Shown here piece by piece: positions 12,202-23,200 of a stretch of DNA of 64,000 bases (position 1 is the stretch's first letter; each line of letters starts with the position of its first letter). The position numbers were made by a program, and so were the translations under genes. The notes beneath the pieces were generated by a model. It was not told where the DNA came from. It searched no databases and saw only the letters and a program-made list of their open reading frames with translations. This DNA is from Camelus dromedarius (Eukaryota): NCBI RefSeq assembly GCF_036321535.1, contig NC_087436.1, positions 33,792,001 to 33,856,000 on the forward strand. The letters run 5' to 3'.

Positions 12202-15200
12202 TACGGAGGGAGGCACTAGACAGTGGAGTATAGAGACTCACAGCTCACTTTCTCCCACAAATACACCAAGAATTACTTCTATAAACCCACTGAATTGCAC
12301 AGAACACCTACTGAACTCTGGCAGTGTTTCACACTTTGAAATATAGGAAGATTCTCACAAAACCTTCCCGGAGGTCAGCAGTGATAGAAGCGGAACTTCT
12401 GAGGCTCAGAGGAGAAAGTGGCAGCGGCTTGGCAGATAGAACTAAGAGAACTGGCAGGGAGGGTCCCTGCAATCCCTAGCCTTAGACGTAAGCCAGCAGG
12501 GACAAGCCAGGACTGGCTACAGGAGATCTGTGAGGGGCTTTGGGAGAGGGCTGGAGCCCACTGCACAGAGGAGGCTTCAGGGGACTGGAGGGCAGTGTGA
12601 ACTCTGGATGGGGGTGTGTGTGGAACAGAACAGTCTGGGACCACCATAAAAAAGCACCACTGCTTGTGTGTATGGAGGAAGGGGTGCAACACAGCCACAC
12701 CATAGCCCCTATCTCCTCTTGGCTCCATTGTTAGTGTGCTGTCAAGAAGAGGGGTGGGGCTTGGTCACAGCCATCACTGCTGTGAAGAAGTGGGTCTGAA
12801 AGCTGAATCCATACCCAGCGGCTCTACAAATTCACAGGCAGGACTGAGATTTGTTTACAGCCCCAGGCAGAGAGGGTGGATCTGCTCTCTATGGACCCTT
12901 TGTGGACCTGTGCCTCTGGGAAGAATAGGCAGTGAGCAGAGTTCTGGCAAAGATGAGTACAGTTATTTACAATAGTCTGTTGTACTGCACTGTCCACAAG
13001 GTGAGGCTGGGGTCTGTGCTGACCCTGTGGTGCACGGCAGAGTCAGGTGTGTGACTGCACGCTTGCCCTAATGCCTGAAATTGGCAGATCTGTGCTGGTG
13101 GTTCCTGGGGCCCAGAACCTGGGGGACATCAGAGCAGGTGGATGACTTTCCTCCAGCTAAGGAGGGGACAAGGCAGTGTCAACAAAGATTACTTTCTAAG
13201 CCCACATAAATAGTGACAGACAACACCACAGAGGGCACTTCCCAGTGGACATCTCCTGGGGAGGTATACTCAAAGACTCCTCTTCCCAGCTGAAGTGCTC
13301 CAACCCTTCCTACCACACACCACAGCCCAGAAACAGAATTGGAAGCCTCTATTCCAGCAACGGGGGAGCAGACCTTGCCCCTGTCAAGGCTGTGACAACT
13401 AGAGAACAAAAAAAGGAGGTCCTACTCAATAACAACAATCAGGGCAGGCCCTGAACACCACATCACCAACCACAAACCCAGTCAAAGGGATAATATCCAA
13501 CACATAGGGAAGAAAGATGTGGCTACCATCCATACTAAGAAAAGCCCTCACAACAAAACTATTAGACACAAAGAGTCTACACAGGAACACTCCCACTTTA
13601 AATAAAAACAAAAAAGCAAACAAAATAAACAACCCTTCAAGATCACAGTAGACAACTGATACTCCTAAATCCATAGAGCCAGAGAAATATAAGTAAAATG
13701 AAGAGGCAGAGGAACCACTCCCAATTAAAAGAACAAGAGAGGTCCCCTGGAAGAATGAACAATGAGACAGACCTTGACAGTCTACTAGATTATGACTTCA
13801 AAAAAGAAGTGATTAAAGCACTGAAGGAAATAAGAGATACTATGAATAGAGGCAGATAATATGATAAAAAGAAAATAGAAACTATAAAGAGGAGCCAATT
13901 AAAAACAGAAAACTCAATGACTGAGTAAGAGCTGAGCTAAAGTCAGTCAAAAGCAGATCAGATAATGCAGAGGAAAGAATAAGTGACTTAGAAGACAGGA
14001 AAACAGAAGTCACCCAATCAGAACAGCAGACAGAAAAGCAAGTAAAAACCAGTTAAAGCAATATAAGGGACCTAGGGGATAATATAAAGCATGCCAACCT
14101 ACGCATAATAGGGGTCCCAGAAGGGGAAAAAAGAGAAAAGGAATTTGAAGAAATCATGACTGAAAACTTTCCAAACCTAAAGACGGAAACAAATACCAAG
14201 TACAGGAAGCACAAAGGGTCCCAAACAAGAAGAAGCCAAACAGACGCACACCAAGACATATTATAATTAAGATGGCCAAAGTTAAAGATAATGAAATGAT
14301 TCTAAAGGCAGCAAGAGAAAAACAAAGTGTTAGTTACAAGGAAACCCCCATAAGGCTTTCAGCTGACTTCTCTACACAAACACTACTGGCCAGAAGGGAC
14401 TGGCAAGGTATTTTCAAAGTCCTGAATGTGAAAAAGCTGTAAACCTAGGATGCTCTATCTGGCCAGAGTATCGTTTAGAAGAAGGAGAGAAAAAGAACTT
14501 CACAGACAAGCAAAGACTCAAAGAATTCAACAATACTAAACCTATGCTAAAAGAATTGTTGAAATGTCTATTCTAAATAGAAAATAAGCAGGAAGATATA
14601 AATATGAGAAAACCATAATTGGAAATGTGATAACTACAATGAGTTGCAAGAGAATAAACATGAAGATGTTAAAAAAAAAAAAGGGACATCAAAATCATAA
14701 AAGGTAGGAGAGGGGAGCATGAAAATATAGATTTTTTTCCTCTCTCTTTTGTATTTTTTCCTTTTTACCCCCTTCATTCTTTTTAGGATGTGTTTGAGAC
14801 TACATGACTACCAGTCTAAAGCAAACAGATATAGCAAGGGGTTAACATACTTGAAAAACAAGGTAACCATAAATCAGAAGCATATAATAGAGTCACAAAA
14901 ACCAAAAAGAAACCAAGCTAATACAAAAGAAAGTTATCAAACCAGAAAAATACCATATGATATCACTTATATGTAGAATCTAAAAAAAAAAAAAACCAAA
15001 AAAACTTATTTACAAAACAGAAGCAGACTCACAGACATAGAAAACAAACTTATAGTTACTGGGGGGAAGGGGGTTGGAAGGGATACATTGGAAGTTTGAG
15101 ATTTTCAGATACTCACTAATATACATATAAAGAGATACATAACAAGTTCATACTGTATAGCACAGGGAACTATATTCAATATCTTGTACTAACTTTTGGT

Positions 15201-15332
15201 AAAAAATAATATGGAAATGAATATATGTATGTTCATGTATGACTGAAGCATTATGGTATACACCAGAAATTGATACAACATTGTAAACTGACTATGCTTC
15301 AATAGAAATACATATTAAAAAAAGAAAAAAAA
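12202..15332 (+). mobile_element. Lineage-specific LINE-1 with 5'UTR, ORF1, spacer and 3'UTR/poly-A but lacking ORF2 (HAL1-like or deleted L1)
   Basis: GC-rich 5'UTR (ctcccacaaatacacc...cagaacacctactgaac), ORF1 motifs and spacer, then an abrupt jump at 14944 to sequence homologous to 30182-30553; A-rich tail ends at ~15332. Confidence 0.88.
13698..14577 (+). pseudogene. Disrupted L1 ORF1 (ORF1p RNA-binding chaperone)
   Basis: Manual translation: MKRQRNHSQLKEQE..., NLRIIGVPEGE, EEIMTENFPNL, TPRHIIIKMAK, ILKAAREK, PIRLSADFS; contains frameshifts and premature stops (first TAA after 53 codons). Confidence 0.9.
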
Positions 15333-16955
15333 CTTTATTTCAATAACATTGCTCTGGGTTAATGCATCAGTAATTTTCAATGGACATCATCTAGATTCAG
15401 AGGATTTTTTTCACTGAGCAATGATAATTCATCTGCTTATAAAATACCTCCACTATACTATGAAATTAAATAGCTATAAGTTTATTTATGAGTTGTTGTT
15501 TACCAATTCTGCTTGAAAGATACTCATGTTTATGAAAACTTACAGCCATATCAAGTTGAAAACTGAAACAATATGTAAATTAACTTCATTTCTCTTTGTG
15601 ATAGTTCATTAAGCATCCATTAGGAAAAAATGAAACTATTTATATTTTAACACTTTCCTTATAATTGCCAAAGAATAAACACATATTGCTTATTTTAGTC
15701 AAATGTGTCAAATATATAATAAAGAACACAACAGATAAAATTATTCCGCAAACAGAATGACTATCAAAGACATTGTTTTGACAATTCACTTATTGACTAA
15801 TGGTTAGAATAGACAATGTTTGGCTGTGGTGAGCAAGAATGCATAAAGTACATTCTCTTTGGAGCAAGATTCTTCTCCTTCTATGCCACACTCTTAATTT
15901 TATCTCTTGAGAACACATTTCAATGAATACAGTGTGGAAATAAGACAGAAGCAAAACAATTTCCAAATTAAACTGGAAAATGAGAAATACTTTTCAAACT
16001 CCTAAGATATACTATGTGAACATCCAATTGAAGTATACAGCATATGAGGATTTTAGAAGAGAAGGCTTGGTTAAGATTATAGGGTTGACAGCTTGACATA
16101 TTTGAAATATACTGAAAATATGGGAGCAGACAAAACAGCTCTGGGAGAAAGCACAGAGATGAGTAGAGGGAAAGGCATAAAACTTTAGGTAACATTGATA
16201 TTTATGAGGTAAGGAGAGAGGGAAATTTTCCCATAAGAAATACATTCCAAATTTAAACTTTGAGACACAGGGAAATCCTGAATAGAATGGAATTATCTAG
16301 TCTCAGTATTTTGGAGACTTTTTTATTCATGTTTGTTTGCTATCTTAACTGCTGGAAGCTGGTAGAATTGCAACAACAAAAGAAGCCACTCTTTGCAGGG
16401 TGGTGATTTATAGTTTATATTGTGTAATATCCCAGAGTACCGTGATACTATTTATTGTAAAGTCTCTTTGGCATTTTCATCTTGAAATTGGTTATAGAGA
16501 CAATGGATAAAGGCATTAAAAGAACTCTGATAATCTCTATTTTTATCTCCCCAAAGAAATGTTAAAAGGACTTGGTAGAAAAACACACCAAAACTAATGC
16601 TTGCTAATATGGCTATAAAACCACACCTGGGATCCAAACCCATGATGAAATTAAACAATTGTATTTGCTGGCTAACCTCATTTTAAATAATATGTTTTCT
16701 TCCCTAAGGGAAGTATATATGAAATGTAATCATCTTTTCATTATGAGATTGCAGGTTGTATGTCTTATGAATCCCTAGAGTAAGTATTCTAGAGCCCTGT
16801 ATATCAAAGAGAAGTAATTGGAATATTTTTACTCATGATACCTTCTCTTCTCCTCTTTCATTTCCTTTTAGTAAGGGTAACAAGGATTCTTTTTACCAGG
16901 CTTTGAAAGGAATTGCTGATCTATTATGAGTGGTAACTTTGAAAAAGAACATCTA

Positions 16956-17078
16956 GGGGAAGGTATAGCTCAGTGGCAGACGAAGTCCTGGGTTCAATTC
17001 CTAGTATCTCCATCAAAAATAGATAAATAAATCTAATTACCTCCCCCAGAAAAAAAATTAAAAATAAATAAGTAAATA
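16956..17078 (+). mobile_element. tRNA-derived SINE (camelid vic-1-like), internally deleted
   Basis: ggggaaggTATAGCTCAGTGG (A box)...GGTTCAATTCC (B box)...ctaattacctccccc plus A-rich tail; 12-bp TSD aaaaagaacatc at 16942-16953 and 17079-17090. Confidence 0.88.
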
Positions 17079-17199
17079 AAAAAGAACATCAAATTCTTAA
17101 CCTATTTTATTACTTCCCAGGTTTCAATTTTGAAACTCAAACGTTCTATTTAGGCCTGTACTACCTTCAAATCTGCTTGCTCCTTGGTGGCACTACTGA

Positions 17200-17370
17200 G
17201 TCTTGTGAGTATTCTTTTATAGCCTTTATCACAGTTATTACAATTTTTCTTTATTTGTTTTCCACTGCCACCAGACTATGAGCAATCCAGGCACAAAAAA
17301 TTATTCATATTTGTATCTTCATGAACTAACACAAGCCCCAGTATATGTTGAAGAAAAAATAAATGTAGAA
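17200..17370 (+). mobile_element. Degraded L2 3' end
   Basis: ccagactatgagcaatcc...ttcatatttgtatc...aacacaagcc. Confidence 0.4.
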
Positions 17371-19449
17371 ATAAATAGTGGGCTTAGAAAGAGCTCTAAC
17401 TTATTTAATAAAATGTTGCAAACAACATTTGCTTTTTAACAAGACACAGTTTTAATAAAACATAGTTTCCCATACCCTATGAATGATTAAAACACACATA
17501 CACACAATGTATTTAGAATTTTCCTTAGAGAAGTACAACTTCTTCATTTACATTCTTTTCAGAGAGGCTATTCTTTAGTTGGAAAGACCATTCTTGTTAA
17601 TTAAAGGCGATGAGGAAGGGGATATTATAATCAACTAGCCAGTCAGCTCAACTACATAAACCTTGGCAATACTCAAGATGATGAATGTACCAACAACAAC
17701 AAAAAAAGACTGTTGCGTGGATGGTATTTCACATTACAGTAAAGCCCCCACAATATCAAAATACAGATTTTGTGGCATTGGTGAATAACACCAATGTTCT
17801 GGCCTGCCCAAGTTCTACAAAAGGGTCAGGGTGAGTGAAAGCTAGTTTGTCCTTAGTGATGGAGCAACAGAAGTGTTAGCAAATTACTACCTCATGATCA
17901 TTTTAGTCTTTCTTAGTTCAATACTGAACTGAGTGCTTCCTTTTTTTTTTTTTTTTGGTAACAATCCCAGTTGGCCTAATAAATAAAAAACTAACAAATG
18001 CAACATTTTCTCTTTTTCTTTTACCACATTGTCATTGGAAGACTAACTAAAAATGTATTTTTGTTGTTGTTCTTATCCTTGCAATGCTGCTACCCTATAT
18101 TGTGTACAGTTGAAGTTTTTGGACCTTACTTGTTGAGTTATGGCAGGGTTTCACCATTTTCACAATTTAAAATAAATTCCAATCATGCCGAGGTTATTTC
18201 ATGGGTAAACTACATTTTAACTCGCAATATTTCTTTGCAAATAACAAAAATTTCGTATTATCCTCAATGTCTTAAAAGTAAACAATACTGTGATTGAAAC
18301 AACCTTTAACAAATTGAAACTTAAACAAGTATTTCCACCAGAAACAAACGTTAGTCTGATTGAATGTATACAAATATAATTTTGGTTTACTTAAATAAAT
18401 ATTTTAATTTCAAAGTATTTTCCAGGGTACATGTGGTCATACAGCAATTAACATATAATGCTGTTCCTCATAACAAAGACTTCCTTCCAATAAATATTAT
18501 GTTACTGAAGAGTAAGAATTAGAACCTAATTTTATATGGGATTTAAAAAATAAATTTTAAGAGTATTCAATCCAAATATCAGCATGGAAAGACTAAAATA
18601 TACTAACTCTAATTATATCCTTGAAGATGCTCAGTAAAGACAAACAAACTAATGGACAGTAAATACTACACAGGTGAGGTTTCCTCTTAAAAAAATAATA
18701 GTTTTCATTTTTTATCACACATTAGTTCCTCATTTAAAATTATTTGGTCCAAATGTAGCCTGCTACTGTATTTTCAGTATATCTAAGACAATACTAATTG
18801 ACAATACTAATTGTTTGATGTGGTGAAAGTGTATTATAACATTTGCCTAAGTACTGAATGGGCATTATATTTAATATGTTTGCAACAAAACTTAAGTTCT
18901 CTTAACATTCTCAAATAGGTTTCATTTTTATTTTCATTTTTATGTAAATATACTTTAAAATAAATTATTATTTAAAAAATCATTTAAATATATCTACAAG
19001 TTTGAGATTCAGTTTTACATACACAGTTGACACAGCACAGGAAAGCAAAAATAGAAAACCTAAGCTGACACTATTTTTCAGTTATGCCAATCCAAAAAAA
19101 TGCCTTCATAAGCAAGGCATTTGTGTAAAATTAGCTACTGACCAAGTAGAAACTTATGCAGGGAATGCAGCTTTTGTGTATTTAGAATACATTTTTACTG
19201 GATTTGTAATGTTATTCTAGGCAATCATCACAGTTAAGCATATTAAACTTGTTCTCTTTTTTGTCAAAGTTAATTCAAATTTTTCTTCTAAAAGCATCTT
19301 TATAGTTAAACACAACTTTGTGAAAGCTAATGGTTACTGCTTAGTCATTTTTTAATAGAGGATATGTCATACTTAGACAACACTGCACTATTTAAAGTCA
19401 TCTGTATTCCTTGTTAATCAAGGGAGTGTTTCTTTCATCTTAACATAAA

Positions 19450-20012
19450 AAAAATTCAAGTTCAATGATTTAAAAACATCTTGATCTCTATCTTCCAAAA
19501 CCTGAAATATTTTCTTCAGTTGGCTCTTTCTCTTGCTTTGCATCATCTCACTAGAAATTCTTTTTAGTCTCCTTTCTGGATTCTCTTCATCATTCCAATG
19601 TTTAAATGTTGGATTAACTCTAAGCGTTGCCTCCATTTTTGGCTTTCTTGTCTAAACTCTCACTCCTGTCAATTGTAGGACTTTAAAAATGTCCAAATTT
19701 ACATTTCCACCCTCAATCTCCTGACTAATCTCATACATATATGCCAATACTTGACATCTGCATGAGATGTTTAATACACTGCTCAAAACTTAATATGACC
19801 CAAACAAAACTTTTCATTTCTCTACCCTGCAAATGTTCACTTAAAAACAGTTCACCATTCATGTATTCACTCTGGTAAAAATACCTAATCAAGGATCTTC
19901 CTGTCAACTACTTTTCTTACTGCACACATCTAATCCATCAGGAAGTTATATCAGCCCTACCTTTAAAATATATCCAGAAGCTGACCTTCTCCTCTCTCTA
20001 GTTTACTCAACC
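19450..20012 (+). mobile_element. L2 LINE fragment
   Basis: acttgacatctgcatgagatgtttaat...ctcaaaacttaatatgacccaaac...cacatctaatccatcagga...ccttt aaaatatatccaga. Confidence 0.75.
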
Positions 20013-20013
20013 T

Positions 20014-20280
20014 TGTGATAGACATGTAATTCTACTCCCCGTATCCCATTCAAGGAAGAGCCTTATCTAAGGGCAAAGAAGATAGCCAGTGGACAGCTGC
20101 TACGTGTCAACAGCTACCTTCAGGATCTGCCTCAGCTGCAGTGAGACACCCCTGAAGGCATTCCCTTCCCAGGGCAGCTCACATCTTCAAGTGGCTGAGC
20201 AAGTGGGACGTATAAAGTCTAAGGGTCTGGCCTTATCATCTCAATGTACAGTCTGATGTAAACACTCCAGAGCATTACCA
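20014..20280 (+). mobile_element. ERVL LTR fragment (LTR16-like)
   Basis: Starts TGTGA; ccttcaggatctgcctcagctgcag...cccttcccagggcagctcacatc...gtggctgagcaagtgggacgTATAAAg. Confidence 0.7.
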
Positions 20281-23200
20281 CCTAGATTCTATATAGAATA
20301 ATGAATAATGAATGCAAAATGCTCACTGATATGTTCTTTGAATTATCCAAATTTTAATGATAGTTATGACTGTATTTTATATGCTCCTGAGAGTTTCATC
20401 CACCAGTAAGGCTATATATAGAAAGATGCTAATGTATTCAATGATGTTTTAAATTCTATTACTTGAAAAATCATCTTAGTTATCACTACTATTAGAAATA
20501 TCACTGCCACTACCATGCCTAGAAGCCTTATTTTGTTACAGTTTTAAAAGATGCATTAGTACAAAGCAACAGAAAGATGCAGTGTGATTTTTTGTGAGAT
20601 GATTATTAGTTTGAAAAATAATTATCCCAATTATCCTCACTTGGATTACTCTTTTGAGGATGTTACTAAAATTATAAAACATTTGGATCATTTCATATTC
20701 AGTAAATCTTCTTTCCTTTCAAAATATTATAACTAAAAATCTAATGGAGTTAGATTTCTGGGGAATAAACTGTCAAATTGAGTAGTTAACCATTTTAATT
20801 GTATTTAAAAGTCTAAAACTTTTCTTTTCTGCAGATACTTCCTTTAATAGTTACAGGCTCATGCCAGAGGGGAAAACTAACTACTTTTAAAACAGGAGAA
20901 TATGAAACAAAATGTATAAAAGGTATAAGCATTTTCTAAATTTGGCTTTAAACACTAAAATTAACAGATTAAAAACAAGAACAGAATTATTATCACATGT
21001 GAGCTTTTAAACAATATTCCTTAGCTATCTCCTTAACTTCATTTTGTTTTTATTATTAATACTTTCTACTTATAATTGTGGGAAAACATAAATTATTTAG
21101 GAAAAAAAAACATGCTATCAAAGAAATGAAGTATCTTTCTTATTGTTTCAGTCAGTTGACCAGATGAGCTATCTACAGCTGCAATTACAGTTTCTCAGAT
21201 AATCAAAATATTTTAAAAATCAATGCTCTTATAGTTATCTGCTCTATGATGCATCCTTTATAGATTACATACACCAGGTTAACTTCTTCTGTAAATAATT
21301 CTTAAGCCTACTTAATAATATTTTTACCTATTGAGTTCAATATGATTGCTGGTGGCTGGCAGGAAGTTACTGAAAAACGAAGGAGCTGACTAACCTAAGT
21401 TTATTTTTATGTTTTTTCCTTTGTTTTTTCCTTTAATCCTAAGATTTTGATTAGTTAATTCACAATTATAGTAGAACACCTATGTGAAGTCATTCTTTAA
21501 ACTGCAAGCCTATTCTTTCCTAGGGAGAAAAAATCCTACAAGTGGACCCCAAAAAGATGACCCTGAATAAGGAATTCAGAGACCATAGATTGTGAATATT
21601 TAAATTTTTATTTAGGGACAGGATCTTTCTTTAATGACTATGGGATCAGCTCCCAGCTCCCTCCCTTAAATGAGAGAGAACATTCCTCTGTCAGCTCTTC
21701 TTCCCAGTCTACACCCTAGACTGATGGATTCCCTCTGCAGGCGATTCCCCCTCCCAGGGGAAAATTTAAATTCATATCTACCTCCAGCGGTGTCATAGTA
21801 ACATATTTGTCTTATCATAAAACTTTAAATTGCTTATTTCTATTCAGAGCTTAGCTGTTCAGATGTTTGGGTTTCCAGAAAAGCAGTTTTCCTTATTAAT
21901 GACTTCAGTTTCTTTTGTTAACTCAATACTTTGTCATTTACAAAATGGTATCTTGGAAACTACTACAGTGAGAGAATAGTTTACTTTCTGTATATACAAG
22001 GCATAAATCAGAACTAATGACTGTTTTAAACCACTTAAGGATACATATCACAAAAAAGAAGAAAAAATGTCTAGTTTCAAATTTACACAGTTAAAAAATG
22101 TACTCTTTGTTTCCACTGGGGTGGTAGAAAAAGAGTTTAAAACAATACTGATTAAATCCAATCACTATATGACATCATTGATGAAGTCATTTCAAAGTGG
22201 AAAATGTGTACAAAATACACAATTTACCTAAGCAATATTCTGAATGTGGTAATATTCATATTGGGGATCCTCTCTTTTACTCCACCCCATTTTATTGACA
22301 TTGAATTTAGGAACTGGATATGCCTTCATATTTATCTTTTTACATACTATTTCCCAATGGTGATATGTCATCCCAGTAAGGTAATTTTTCCAAATTATTT
22401 TCCAGATAATTTAAAAATCTGGGTTAAAATTCAGATTTCCCAATTCTATTTTCAGTCGTCTTGTTCCATGTGACAAAGCTAAGTCTACCCTATAAAAATG
22501 CCGAGCCTTCCTTGGGTGCCTGCCTTCACATTTGCTCTCAGCTGGTAGAGTTCAGTGCATGCTTGTGGGCTGACCACCAAACATTTTTCTTCCATATTAC
22601 ATTCACCTTGCATCTCAGCTTCTTGTAGTCTCATTCCTCTCCCCCTTCCTACACTCAGTCAATATTACAGTCCTTCTGTTTCATTTTTGATTATCGGTCC
22701 AAATTTTGTATATTTAAGAAATATTTCTTTCAACTTTGAGGTAGCACACCACAAAATCTGCAGTTCCCTGGGAACCTTTTCTCAGTAAATTTTCTAGATG
22801 CTACCTTCTTGTCCTCTTACTTTTGTCTCAGCAGACAGTGCTTTTGCCCCCAAACATTGGCCATTTCAACCTATTCTTTGCTTCCTGAAGTCGCATCACC
22901 TAGAATTCCATTTCACTTTCTCCATTGTCTCTATCCATAGTCCCAGGCAGATTCCAAGGTTGTATCCTAACTGGGGGAATTTATAATCTGAGCCTCACTT
23001 AGAGGGAGGTAGGACATTTTTGATATGCTGAGAAAGTAATTTGATAAAAGAGAATCATATTAATATGCTAAATATAGTTAAAATGTGTTAATAGAAGACA
23101 AATTTGCTCGACCCTCTTTTCCCCCTTCCTTCAATCCTCACAACTTCCACTTTTGCATGGTTACTGCTGTTGTAAAAACAAACAAACAAACAAAACTTGA

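Noticed and set aside
12375..13674. Cluster of overlapping ORFs on both strands (possible ORF0-like)
   Set aside because: Expected from low stop-codon frequency in a GC-rich L1 5'UTR; no recognisable homology.
14930..14960. Splicing as the cause of the ORF2 loss
   Set aside because: From my recollection of the L1 spacer there is no GT donor at the left breakpoint, and the homologous right breakpoint (30170-30182) has no pyrimidine tract.
16956..17012. tRNA-like sequence
   Set aside because: SINE head lacking the anticodon arm, with A-rich tail and TSD; not a tRNA gene.
18787..18812. 13-bp tandem duplication gacaatactaatt x2
   Set aside because: Ordinary slippage duplication with no spacer structure; not CRISPR-like.
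19098..19122. 9-bp inverted repeat aaatgcctt/aaggcattt
   Set aside because: Plausible by chance in 64 kb; a terminator interpretation is irrelevant in mammalian DNA.
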